From IMG/VR virus record IMGVR_UViG_3300032227_000993: DNA of 64,000 nt; one strand, 5' to 3'. Shown here one piece after another: positions 18,230 through 26,708 of this stretch (position 1 is its first letter; the number at the start of each line of letters is the position of its first letter). Under the pieces are notes generated by a model. It made no database searches and had not been told where the DNA came from. It worked only from the letters and a program-made list of their open reading frames with translations. The translations under genes were made by a program, and so were the position numbers. This stretch comes from a virus. Lineage: Duplodnaviria > Caudoviricetes.

Positions 18230-18562
18230 TTAAGCTGCAACCTTGGCTTTTGCTTTGGTTGCTACCTTGGCACCTGCGACTTTGATTTCGCCTTTCTTAG
18301 CGATCTTGGTCTTTTCTGCTAGTTTAGCAGATACTGCGTAACCTGCGTCACCTAAGGTAAATGCTTCACCTTGGGCTTGTAGATACTGTAGTGCCTCGAG
18401 CTTGGTCATTGGCTGTGGAAGCTCAATGAGATTGATGTTAGTACAATTATTTTTGTTAAGGATCTTGATACGAGCTACCAAGTCATTAGCAAAACGAGCC
18501 TTGACTGTACCGTCAGGGTTAGTTGCTGTACCTGCTACTGTAAACATTTTTTCTGATGCCAT
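18230..18562 (-). CDS. hypothetical phage protein, paralog of 51576..51986
   Basis: Shared T.AG....G..K.R.A....R...L...TK.EA...L pattern. Confidence 0.65.
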   Translation of the reverse strand: MASEKMFTVAGTATNPDGTVKARFANDLVARIKILNKNNCTNINLIELPQPMTKLEALQYLQAQGEAFTLGDAGYAVSAKLAEKTKIAKKGEIKVAGAKVATKAKAKVAA

Positions 18563-18629
18563 TTTGTGTTGCCTTTCTAAGTTGCCTATTAAGTTGATTT
18601 AAACTGCCTTTACTACAAACTACACCACT

Positions 18630-18658
18630 ATTGTAGCTGAATTCGATTATGATGTCAA
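18630..18658 (-). promoter_or_regulatory. sigma70-type promoter TTGACA-17-TACAAT
   Basis: Near-consensus hexamers; nearest promoter upstream of the T1SS operon. Confidence 0.7.
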
Positions 18659-18691
18659 CCACTTTAGTTCTTTTGGTTATCCAAACCGACC

Positions 18692-18820
18692 TTATTTGGC
18701 CTGCTCTTGGATGACCGTTTTGGTTTGGTCAATACCTTTATCTACCATTCGAGCGATGCCACTTAGCCCTACGGATGAGATAGCGATACCAACAACTACT
18801 CCTACCAAAAACTTAGTCAT
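18692..18820 (-). CDS. small membrane protein
   Basis: MTKFLVGVVVGIAISSVG, GAGGAG RBS. Confidence 0.55.
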   Translation of the reverse strand: MTKFLVGVVVGIAISSVGLSGIARMVDKGIDQTKTVIQEQAK

Positions 18821-18958
18821 TGTCTGTCTCCTCTTGTTGTTCAACAATGTAATTGATATCGTACTTGGCGCACCAATCTGCGTACTCACGCTCGAATTGG
18901 GCATATTCCTTTCGGTCCAATTCAGAATCGGTCAACTTCTTTTCTTTTAATTGGGTCA

Positions 18959-19138
18959 TTATGCTACCTCTTTCTGTTCTTCGATTAATTTGTGTGCCAA
19001 ATTCAATGCCATCATAACACCTAAGAAAACTAATCTACGCTCTTTATCGTCACCAGTACAATTTTGAGTCATTTCCATTAGTTCGTCAAAACTATTTGGT
19101 GTAGCAAATAAACCACTACGTGGAATTGGGTTTGTCAT
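18959..19138 (-). CDS. hypothetical protein
   Basis: TAATG coupling with the upstream gene. Confidence 0.55.
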   Translation of the reverse strand: MTNPIPRSGLFATPNSFDELMEMTQNCTGDDKERRLVFLGVMMALNLAHKLIEEQKEVA

Positions 19139-19524
19139 TATTTTGTCCTCACGTAAGGTTTGTTCCAAGCACCAACATGGATATCGAAATAATATGCTGT
19201 GTCAAAGTAATCTGTCATAGCATCAGAGCGATCATACCATCCTTCGCCTTTACGGAAGCCTTCGCCACGACTTGGAGCAGTCTTGACAATGTCAACCACT
19301 TCACGCAAGAACTTTTCATGCGGACCATAGTTGCCCAAATGGTATTGATTAATTTGAATGTAGCCGCGACCGTTGGGATCAACAAAGTCTGCCGGACCAC
19401 TTTTAATAGTTACTCCCACTGACAAACTGCCAGCGCCTTTGCGTACACCAAACTTGAATTTAGGAAACTTTTCTTTAAGTTCCTTACGAATTTGTGCTAC
19501 GTCTTGAGCATTAATGTAAGCCAT
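19138..19524 (-). CDS. LPD29-like (large polyvalent protein-associated domain) early protein
   Basis: IRKELKEKFPKFKFGVR....S.SV.V.IKSGP pattern; follows an early promoter cassette. Confidence 0.5.
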   Translation of the reverse strand: MAYINAQDVAQIRKELKEKFPKFKFGVRKGAGSLSVGVTIKSGPADFVDPNGRGYIQINQYHLGNYGPHEKFLREVVDIVKTAPSRGEGFRKGEGWYDRSDAMTDYFDTAYYFDIHVGAWNKPYVRTK

Positions 19525-19540
19525 CTTTTAACTCCTTTTT

Positions 19541-19586
19541 ATTAACTATGCTGCTAGTATAGCAAAAAAGGATTTAATGGTCAACC
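19541..19586 (-). promoter_or_regulatory. early promoter cassette copy 1 (GGTTGACC-17-TATACT-AGCAGCATAG)
   Basis: One of five copies sharing -35, -10 and initial transcribed sequence. Confidence 0.75.
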
Positions 19587-19601
19587 GTTTGGTAAACCCG
19601 C

Positions 19602-19625
19602 AAAAAAGCCCCGGTTACAGGGCTT
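19602..19625 (-). terminator. intrinsic terminator AAGCCC-loop-GGGCTT-TTTT
   Basis: Hairpin plus T tract downstream of the GT4 gene. Confidence 0.6.
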
Positions 19626-19638
19626 TAGAGTGTTGTTT

Positions 19639-20634
19639 TTAGACAACAGATACTAGATTTCGTTTGAATATACGCCAGCACTCAGCCCAGGTCCATTTTT
19701 GGCTGGCTTTTTTAATCCGATCATTGTTTAGGGCTAAACAGTTGCGAACGGACTGTGCTAGGTCGGTATCTAGGTATCCTGTGACACCATTTTTGATGAT
19801 GTCAATGGGTCCTGCTACAGGATAGGCAGCCACTGGACAGCCTTGAGCTAGTGCTTCGATGATGACTACTCCAAAGGTGTCAGCCACACTAGGAAACACA
19901 AACACATCAGCCAGGGCATATTGATCAACCAAGTCTTGACCATGCAGATACCCTAAGAACTCGGCTCGAGGCAATTTGCGTTCTAGTTCGGCACGATACG
20001 GACCATCGCCCACTATGATTAGGTCATAGTCGTCTTGAAACTGAATCAAATCGTCCAGTCCTTTTTCTTTTGATAGTCTACCCACTGACAATAACCTTGG
20101 GCGAGTGCGGTAAGTGCTTCGAGCTACTCGAGGTTGGATAGTTCTATCCGCACCACGAGTCCATACTACAAGATTCTTAAATCCACGACTTTCAAGATCA
20201 ACTCGCATACTTTCTGTGGTAACTAGAACACGCTCACTGTGGCGATGGAACCAACGCATATACCAATAGGTCCAGGCCACAGGAATACCATACAACTTGT
20301 TTAGGAATTCAGGAAACTTGGTATGGTAACTGGTGTTGTAGGGAATACGGTTGCGTTCGCACCACCAACGAGCAAACAGGCCTACTGGGCCTTCTGTAGC
20401 GATGTGAATATAATCCGGCTGTATCGCCTTAATTTTTTTACTGATACCATGCGGCCAGCACAAGCGAACTTCAGGATAACCAGGGCAAGCACAATTAGGG
20501 AACTGCCCGGGATCACAATAAACAATACGATACCCAGCGCGGCCAGCATGATCTTCCAGGTTCTTGAAAGTTGTGACCACTCCGTTGACTTGATGTCGTA
20601 CATTGTCTGTGATTACGAGGATTGTTTTTGGCAT
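19639..20634 (-). CDS. glycosyltransferase family 4
   Basis: NGVVTT, HIATEGPVG, SYHTKFPE, VGRLSKEKG, DVFVFPS..DTFG.V.IEALA.G.PV. Confidence 0.92.
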   Translation of the reverse strand: MPKTILVITDNVRHQVNGVVTTFKNLEDHAGRAGYRIVYCDPGQFPNCACPGYPEVRLCWPHGISKKIKAIQPDYIHIATEGPVGLFARWWCERNRIPYNTSYHTKFPEFLNKLYGIPVAWTYWYMRWFHRHSERVLVTTESMRVDLESRGFKNLVVWTRGADRTIQPRVARSTYRTRPRLLSVGRLSKEKGLDDLIQFQDDYDLIIVGDGPYRAELERKLPRAEFLGYLHGQDLVDQYALADVFVFPSVADTFGVVIIEALAQGCPVAAYPVAGPIDIIKNGVTGYLDTDLAQSVRNCLALNNDRIKKASQKWTWAECWRIFKRNLVSVV

Positions 20635-20789
20635 GAGGTAGTTATCTTAAAAGAGTCAAACTTTAACCAATATTTTACACTTTGTTGGGCCTGAACGCAA
20701 GCCTGTTCGGTGGCAAATTCAATAGTCATTCTACCCGGCACGTCTTTTGGATTGTTTATGTTTACTGCTAGTATTATCAACAGCCACAT
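20613..20789 (-). CDS. small hypothetical protein not in the ORF track (MWLLIILAVNINNPKDVPG...)
   Basis: Manual translation, 58 aa, GGAG RBS, fills the intergenic gap. Confidence 0.55.
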   Translation of the reverse strand: MWLLIILAVNINNPKDVPGRMTIEFATEQACVQAQQSVKYWLKFDSFKITTSCQKQSS

Positions 20790-21543
20790 CGTCTGTCTCC
20801 TTGGTCCAGGTTACAATTTCCCAGGATCCATTATGATTCTCGACCAGGGCAGTCATGGATTCTACCCAATCTCCATCGTTCATGTAAGTAATGCCATCTA
20901 TGGTTTTAATTTCTGCATGATGTATGTGTCCGCAAATCACACCATCATAGCCACGCTTACGACAATAAACAACAAGATTTTTTTCAAATTGAAATACAAA
21001 GTCTGCGGCTTTTTTTACGCGACCTTTGAGATACTTGCTCAAACTCCAGTAGCCAAAGCCCATACGATGACGTATCCAATTGAATTTGCTATTAAGACCC
21101 AGCACAAAGTCGTAGGCTTTGTCACCTAGGAAAGCCAGCCAAGGAGCAAGACGTGTAATGCCATCAAACAAGTCACCATGAGTGACCAGATAGTGTTTAG
21201 TGTCTACACCAATATGTTCTGCTTGATTTACCACTTCAATCAGGCCAAAGCCAATGCCTAAGGGTATTAATGGGCGAAGGAATTCGTCGTGATTGCCTGC
21301 CACATACACCACACGGGTTCCACGTTTGGCGTGGCCCATGACTCGACGAACCACATTGGTATGGCTTTGTTTCCAACGCCACTTGTTCTGTTGAATACGC
21401 CAGGCATCAATGATGTCGCCTACAAGATACAATGTTTCGCAGGTGTTGTGCTTGAGAAAATTATTAAGCGCCTCGGCTTTGCAGTCACGAGTACCTAAGT
21501 GAACATCTGAGATAAAAATTGATCGGTAAGTTTTCTCTGGCAT
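20731..21543 (-). CDS. UDP-2,3-diacylglucosamine diphosphatase-like metallophosphoesterase (LpxH/YbbF family)
   Basis: ISDVHLG, LVGDIID, YVAGNHDE, THGD.FD, ICGHIH, NDGDW. Confidence 0.88.
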   Translation of the reverse strand: MPEKTYRSIFISDVHLGTRDCKAEALNNFLKHNTCETLYLVGDIIDAWRIQQNKWRWKQSHTNVVRRVMGHAKRGTRVVYVAGNHDEFLRPLIPLGIGFGLIEVVNQAEHIGVDTKHYLVTHGDLFDGITRLAPWLAFLGDKAYDFVLGLNSKFNWIRHRMGFGYWSLSKYLKGRVKKAADFVFQFEKNLVVYCRKRGYDGVICGHIHHAEIKTIDGITYMNDGDWVESMTALVENHNGSWEIVTWTKETDDVAVDNTSSKHKQSKRRAG

Positions 21544-21588
21544 AGCAATATTTAAGCAAATACCAGAGAAAACCCTGTTACACTTGTG

Positions 21589-21747
21589 TTACACCGTAAC
21601 TACGTGCCATTTTGAATCAAATGTTTTGCCTTGGGCCCGGTGTTTAAAGATTTTGGCAAACTCTTTTTTCTTGAGTTCTTGAACCTTTTTGACGTCGTGG
21701 TCAAGACAAGCCTTGTACATTTTGGCAACCAATTTCTTCTGTTTCAT
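21589..21747 (-). CDS. small basic protein not in the ORF track (MKQKKLVAKMYKAC...)
   Basis: 52 aa, GGAGG RBS, TTGACT-17-TACAGT promoter upstream. Confidence 0.6.
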   Translation of the reverse strand: MKQKKLVAKMYKACLDHDVKKVQELKKKEFAKIFKHRAQGKTFDSKWHVVTV

Positions 21748-21819
21748 AGCCTATCCTCCTTTTGTAATAATACTGTAACATAGTATGTATCAAAAGTCAA
21801 CCAGAAAATTGTGACAAAG

Positions 21820-21840
21820 AAAAAGGACCGAAGTCCTTTT
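21820..21840. terminator. bidirectional intrinsic terminator
   Basis: AAAAAGGAC-CGAA-GTCCTTTT. Confidence 0.65.
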
Positions 21841-21906
21841 GGGTTCTGGTTACGAGCTCCAGAGACACTCTATCTTTGTGTCCGGTTAAGTTATTTAAGA
21901 TGTAAA

Positions 21907-22206
21907 TTATGACAATCGTATTACTGCCATCAATGCCTCTTGATGATTCCAAAATGCCCAATACCAACGTTGATGTGTATCATTGTCCAAAAATACTGCC
22001 CGGGTTTGATAGCCCAGATCATTGATGCGGTTATCCATGGCTTCCCAGTTGGTAAATCTTTTGTCACCCGCAATACGATTGCGATCCACAGGATCTACTA
22101 CCAGCACACTATCCGGTGGATTGTTCACAAAACAATTTTGTTGCCGTTCTTTCTCGTAGTAAGGAATGTGCAGGTTTAACCAGTCCTGCCAAGCTATTAC
22201 CTGCAC
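21907..22206 (-). CDS. hypothetical protein
   Basis: 99-aa ORF. Confidence 0.6.
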   Translation of the reverse strand: MQVIAWQDWLNLHIPYYEKERQQNCFVNNPPDSVLVVDPVDRNRIAGDKRFTNWEAMDNRINDLGYQTRAVFLDNDTHQRWYWAFWNHQEALMAVIRLS

Positions 22207-22220
22207 TATCCTGTACCTGA

Positions 22221-22658
22221 TTAAGAGTTAGCTTTGTGAGCTTCTAATGTCTTGGTGAACTTGTTGGCATGACTGCGTTCTGCTTTGGCCAAGGTTTCAA
22301 ACCAGTCAGCAACTTCGTCAAAGCCTTCGTCACGTGCTGTCTTGGCCATACCTGGGTACATATCTGTGTACTCATGTGTTTCGCCTGAGATAGCAGCTTC
22401 CAATGCTTCGGTAACTGTTTTAGCTGGCATACCTGTGCCTGGCTCACCTGCTCCGCCTTCGATCAAATATTCCATGTGACCGTGTGCGTGACCAGTTTCG
22501 CCTTCTGCTGTAGAACGAAATACTGCGGCTACATCTGGTGCGCCAGCGATATCGGCCATGTTCGCGAAATACAAATAACGACGGTTGGCTTGGCTTTCAC
22601 CAGCAAATGCTTCTTTCAAACTTTCTTCGGTACGTGTACCTTTGATACTTTTTGCCAT
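22221..22658 (-). CDS. rubrerythrin (short ferritin-like, no rubredoxin domain)
   Basis: [47 protein letters not shown]. Confidence 0.92.
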   Translation of the reverse strand: MAKSIKGTRTEESLKEAFAGESQANRRYLYFANMADIAGAPDVAAVFRSTAEGETGHAHGHMEYLIEGGAGEPGTGMPAKTVTEALEAAISGETHEYTDMYPGMAKTARDEGFDEVADWFETLAKAERSHANKFTKTLEAHKANS

Positions 22659-22681
22659 TTTACTTCTCCTTTGTTAAAAAA

Positions 22682-22810
22682 TTATTGTAACACATATTCA
22701 TCTTTATAGCAACCACATTCGGGACAGATATGATTGTCCGACAGTTCGGCAAATACGCCTTCGATTGCTTCATCATGAACATGACCACATACTTGACATA
22801 CGTAATTCAT
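22682..22810 (-). CDS. rubredoxin (42 aa, missed by the ORF track)
   Basis: MNYVCQVCGHVHDE...ICPECGCYKDEY: two CxxC motifs; AAAAGGAAA RBS; directly upstream of rubrerythrin. Confidence 0.85.
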   Translation of the reverse strand: MNYVCQVCGHVHDEAIEGVFAELSDNHICPECGCYKDEYVLQ

Positions 22811-23130
22811 AGTTTTTTCCTTTTGATTAATTGTGCTGCTGAATAATATTGTACTATTATTTACACTATTAGTCTACAGTTTTTAATAGGAATTATCTAT
22901 TAACTTGCGAATATTTTTTAATGGCCAAAGAAAAAGGGCATTAGCCCCATTTCTCATGATACCGTTCCAAAGCCCGTTTGCGGGCCAAAACTAATCTAAG
23001 TTTAATTTCGTCTGATAGGTCTTTACCAACAACCTGTCCTGTGATATTAACTAATTCAGGACGACGATAACCAATCTGAAACTCTGGACGTTCGTCATAG
23101 TAGTCATCGTCGTTGTCCTCAAGGCGAAGA

Positions 23131-23310
23131 TTACTTAGCGGCTTTAACTTCCTTGGCAGGTGCTGTTTTGGCTTCGCTTTTTGCAGGCACAGTCACCTTG
23201 GCCGGTGCTGTGGCAGCAGGCTTGACTTCTTCTTTCTTGGCCGGTGCTGGATCTGCGGCAAAAGCTGTCAATGCAAATGCGGATGCTACGATTGTGATCA
23301 ATTGTTTCAT
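23131..23310 (-). CDS. small secreted Ala/Pro/Lys-rich protein (Asr-like composition)
   Basis: MKQLITIVASAFALTAFA signal peptide followed by APAK repeats; manual translation. Confidence 0.7.
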   Translation of the reverse strand: MKQLITIVASAFALTAFAADPAPAKKEEVKPAATAPAKVTVPAKSEAKTAPAKEVKAAK

Positions 23311-23465
23311 TTTGTATTTCCTTTTAGGTTAAGTATGCTGGAGTGATTACAACGACCACTTCTACGTTTATCGCAATTAGGACATTTCATTCGTAAGTTA
23401 CACTCATTTACTGAGTAACCTGGTCGAGAGTTGGTTTTTTGCGGTTTGTTATTGGTGATTGTCAT
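23307..23465 (-). CDS. small Cys/His-containing protein (CPNC...CNH)
   Basis: 52 aa, GGAGG RBS, ATGA overlap with the next gene. Confidence 0.5.
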   Translation of the reverse strand: MTITNNKPQKTNSRPGYSVNECNLRMKCPNCDKRRSGRCNHSSILNLKGNTK

Positions 23466-23543
23466 AATGCCTCCTAGCATACTATATTAACGCTTAAGAG
23501 TTTGATTAAGTTGACACAATTTGGCAATATTGTTCAAATATTT

Positions 23544-23735
23544 TTAGTGTACTGGATTGCCTTCAAATCCTTCAAAAACAGAACAGCCACGCTCAGCGGC
23601 CATATCCATCAGTTTTTCCATGGCAGCATCTGCTACCAACTCAAACATCTCGTCAATTTCATCTTGAGTCAAATGTTCTTCACCAATCTGTCCCTTGAAT
23701 ACAGCTTCTGCTACCATCAGTCTATCTTCAGTCAT
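23544..23735 (-). CDS. hypothetical protein
   Basis: Acidic ORF; probable start MTEDRL. Confidence 0.55.
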   Translation of the reverse strand: MTEDRLMVAEAVFKGQIGEEHLTQDEIDEMFELVADAAMEKLMDMAAERGCSVFEGFEGNPVH

Positions 23736-23907
23736 TTTGGATCTCTCGGAATCTTTCACTAAATGCTTCTAACAAACAGGAGTATTCTTGTTTGGTAGCT
23801 TCATTCTCATAGTAAACAGTCAAGCCCACTGGAGTTTGAACTACTTCGTTAACTGTAAAAATATTGTCTTGCCCGTCGGTAAAACGTGTTTTGTATGGTG
23901 TTGTCAT
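23728..23907 (-). CDS. hypothetical protein not in the ORF track (MTTPYKTRFTDG...)
   Basis: 59 aa, TAATG coupling. Confidence 0.6.
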   Translation of the reverse strand: MTTPYKTRFTDGQDNIFTVNEVVQTPVGLTVYYENEATKQEYSCLLEAFSERFREIQND

Positions 23908-24257
23908 TATTGTGCCCGTGCCAATCTTGCGGCTCGGTGATTTTCCCAGCTGGCATTGAGATCCGGCGCTTTGTTCATGACAAGGTCATAGAAGCGATCA
24001 TTAATACCATGCAGGCCAATTTCTTCAGACTTTTCATAAAAGTTGTAGTCTACGGTCCATTTAGGAATAATAGTTACCTGCGCCTCGCCATCATGTAGGA
24101 TAGGTAACTGTTGCCATTGAAATAACAAACGCTTTACATTGTTGGCCCAATAAACTTTGGCCCACATGGACTTTGATTCATTTTCCATTTTACGAGCATG
24201 GTCTAACCTATTGCCCAAAACTTCCATTTCTTCACCAAAATAACGATATGATTTCAT
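23907..24257 (-). CDS. hypothetical protein
   Basis: AAGGAG RBS; TTGACA-17-TAAAAT promoter near 24283-24313. Confidence 0.65.
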   Translation of the reverse strand: MKSYRYFGEEMEVLGNRLDHARKMENESKSMWAKVYWANNVKRLLFQWQQLPILHDGEAQVTIIPKWTVDYNFYEKSEEIGLHGINDRFYDLVMNKAPDLNASWENHRAARLARAQ

Positions 24258-24316
24258 TGTGACTCCTTGTTAACTCAATAAAAATATTTTACGACAAAAT
24301 AGATTTTGTGTCAACC

Positions 24317-24562
24317 TTATGACCATTTAAGCACAAAGGCAAAGTAGTCTTTGCCGTCGTCAAAATAGAATATGTACCGCCCAGGGCGGGCATAGCTGGA
24401 AGGCTCAATCAACTGCCAGCGCCATTCCTTGACCATTTCTGCCTTGGACCATGTTAATACTTCTTCAATCACACCATAGGGTTTGATTATTTCGCAGGCG
24501 TAGTTAAAGCTATCTCGTTCTCGTATATGGTATTGGTCATCGGCCAGTGCTGTCATTAACAT
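24317..24562 (-). CDS. hypothetical protein
   Basis: W-rich small phage protein ending F.LKWS. Confidence 0.6.
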   Translation of the reverse strand: MLMTALADDQYHIRERDSFNYACEIIKPYGVIEEVLTWSKAEMVKEWRWQLIEPSSYARPGRYIFYFDDGKDYFAFVLKWS

Positions 24563-24831
24563 TAGGTGGCTACCTCACTGAATCTCAATCTAAAAATCAA
24601 GGCATCGGCAGCTGATTCAAATATCCATATCATCCTTTCTGCGGATATGTCGGTAATGTATCTTTCTCCAGGCAACCCAAATTGTTCAATTCCATAAATG
24701 CAAAGTTGATCCCAATAGTCCATTGAGTCAGGCCCTTGACCCCAACGCACAGTCACAGGATAGGCATATTTAGGATCTGTCAATGTAGGTCCGTTTAATG
24801 TAATCTTCGGCATTGAGCCAACTGAACTCAT
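24562..24831 (-). CDS. hypothetical protein
   Basis: Similar style to its neighbour (W...FG......W.F....DA..F.L.F). Confidence 0.55.
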   Translation of the reverse strand: MSSVGSMPKITLNGPTLTDPKYAYPVTVRWGQGPDSMDYWDQLCIYGIEQFGLPGERYITDISAERMIWIFESAADALIFRLRFSEVAT

Positions 24832-25007
24832 AGTACAGTATATTATCTGTTATGCCAAAGTAGTTGCAAAAACTTTGGCCGTAGCGAAGTCCTTTCATGA
24901 TATCAAAGGATGCGGCTTTTTGCCACTGTTCAAATTCGGTCACTGTGATACTCCGAGCTGGTTGCCAGTTGCGTGTGCCTGCTTCGTTTGCCAAATGCTC
25001 AAATACG

Positions 25008-25514
25008 TTATGACCAAACATCGTTGCCTTCCAAGTCCACTTCAATCCATGTGTAATCGCCCAACCACTTGACGCGGCAAATATACTCGTAATATTCCGG
25101 CGGGGTAGTAGTCCACTCGTGCGGTCCTGTCTGTACCAGTATTGTGCCACCACGTCTGCTATCACGTGCTAACCAATAACATTGCCCGTGATAGATTTGG
25201 AATGTGTATTTGGCCGCGTGTACCAAGTCTGTAATATCTACTCGCTTGCGTACTTCATCAGCTTGGCGTTGCAGCACCGACACCAACTCCATGATACGCT
25301 TGTACTCTTGGTTGGCGAACATTCTCGAAACATTCACCATAATGTCTTTTTGTTTTGTAATAGGAATCAAATCAAATGCTGGTCCACCAACTTCGGTAGG
25401 ATAAGGTGTCACATTCTTGTTGAAGAACTGGATCAACTCTCCAGAGCTGGTGCTGTCATAGCTGTCTCTACCGTCAGCTGAGTTGGGTTTGTCTTTGTTG
25501 CTCATTAGTCCCAA
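25008..25514 (-). CDS. DUF2452-like protein
   Basis: PYPTEVGGPAF...L..Q.....A.Y.F....G..Y.L pattern. Confidence 0.5.
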   Translation of the reverse strand: MGLMSNKDKPNSADGRDSYDSTSSGELIQFFNKNVTPYPTEVGGPAFDLIPITKQKDIMVNVSRMFANQEYKRIMELVSVLQRQADEVRKRVDITDLVHAAKYTFQIYHGQCYWLARDSRRGGTILVQTGPHEWTTTPPEYYEYICRVKWLGDYTWIEVDLEGNDVWS

Positions 25515-26161
25515 AGCGCCTCAAAGTACCGACCAAATAATCTAAATCCGTTTGCCTTTCGAGCCTGCCAAGCATCATGCCCGGCTTTGTCATACTTGAT
25601 CTTGCCAAAGTCTGTTTCCCATGGTGCCTTGTCATAATCACAATCACTATGATCAAAGAACTTGCCATCAGCATCATCGATTGTTTTTTGTTCAAAGGCC
25701 CAGATCATTTCATTGAGTACCCAGTCCCAACGCTCGTGTAAGGTAGAGTCTTCGTTGTCGATAGAGTGTAACTCGTTGGTATTAAATCCACGATCTTTAA
25801 GCTTCTTTTTACGCCGCTTGTACGCTTCAGATTGCAAGTGTACCGGCACGTCTTCGTCGTCAACCATGGGGCTGCCGTGTTTGGCTTTTTGTAGTAACTT
25901 TAGACTAGGCAAAATGATATCGGCCAGTGTATGATCTAAACTCCATATGTCCCAGCGGTCGATCTTGACATACACAATACGTGGGTGAATCTTATCCAGG
26001 AACCATTGCCATGCTTCACACACAGGACCAACCAGCTTGTTAAAACGTTTGACCCAGGGCTCGTCATAATCTATTTCGCGCCAAAAGCATAACTTCTCTG
26101 CGATACTGTAGGGGCTGACCCAGTGGTTCCTGTATTTGCTAGTCCAAACTTTCATTACCAA
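25505..26161 (-). CDS. conserved hypothetical phage protein
   Basis: 218 aa; D.W..D.TLA.IILP.L...W.WVL.EMIWAF...G..LFG.Y...LWD. Confidence 0.7.
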   Translation of the reverse strand: MVMKVWTSKYRNHWVSPYSIAEKLCFWREIDYDEPWVKRFNKLVGPVCEAWQWFLDKIHPRIVYVKIDRWDIWSLDHTLADIILPSLKLLQKAKHGSPMVDDEDVPVHLQSEAYKRRKKKLKDRGFNTNELHSIDNEDSTLHERWDWVLNEMIWAFEQKTIDDADGKFFDHSDCDYDKAPWETDFGKIKYDKAGHDAWQARKANGFRLFGRYFEALWD

Positions 26162-26337
26162 CTCCCGTCATCTATCCATACACGAATGGTCAAACATAAC
26201 CATCTAACTGATCCAGACCACTCGTTTGGTCCGCACCATTCATTGTAATCTCTTTGTGCTCGGGGGAGCAGGGGCCAGTGAATAGGATTCAGCGTGAATA
26301 CGACTGCAGCGCCTGAATACTTAAACCATGCTATCAT
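26155..26337 (-). CDS. hypothetical protein
   Basis: Overlap-coupled small ORF. Confidence 0.5.
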   Translation of the reverse strand: MIAWFKYSGAAVVFTLNPIHWPLLPRAQRDYNEWCGPNEWSGSVRWLCLTIRVWIDDGSW

Positions 26338-26708
26338 ATGACCAGTGCTCCAATGATGCCCACGTAGGTCAAGTAATGTAGTCCTTGGTCAGCACCCAAG
26401 TAAACCCAAAATTCATGATCCTTTGGAGTGTACCTTTGGCTAAGATTGGTTTTGACCCAGTCGATATGATAGTGTACCAGGCCGTCGATCAGGCCAAATA
26501 CCACCGCGGCCACATGAGCATCCAATCTCCAAGGCAACACCACGAGTAAAACTATCATGGTGCCCACAGCGTGTTCAGCCGCATGAGCCAGGCCGCCGGC
26601 TGCTCCATAGGAGCCTTTGTCCTTGAGCATTTTACCATTTTGTAATACAAAATCACAGATAAAATGTTTGACACCAAATAGTGCCAGTAAGATTATTATG
26701 GTTGTCAT
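26334..26708 (-). CDS. DUF3307 family membrane protein
   Basis: KHFICDFVLQ...KG......H...H, H..IDW.K, DQ.LH. Confidence 0.75.
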   Translation of the reverse strand: MTTIIILLALFGVKHFICDFVLQNGKMLKDKGSYGAAGGLAHAAEHAVGTMIVLLVVLPWRLDAHVAAVVFGLIDGLVHYHIDWVKTNLSQRYTPKDHEFWVYLGADQGLHYLTYVGIIGALVI

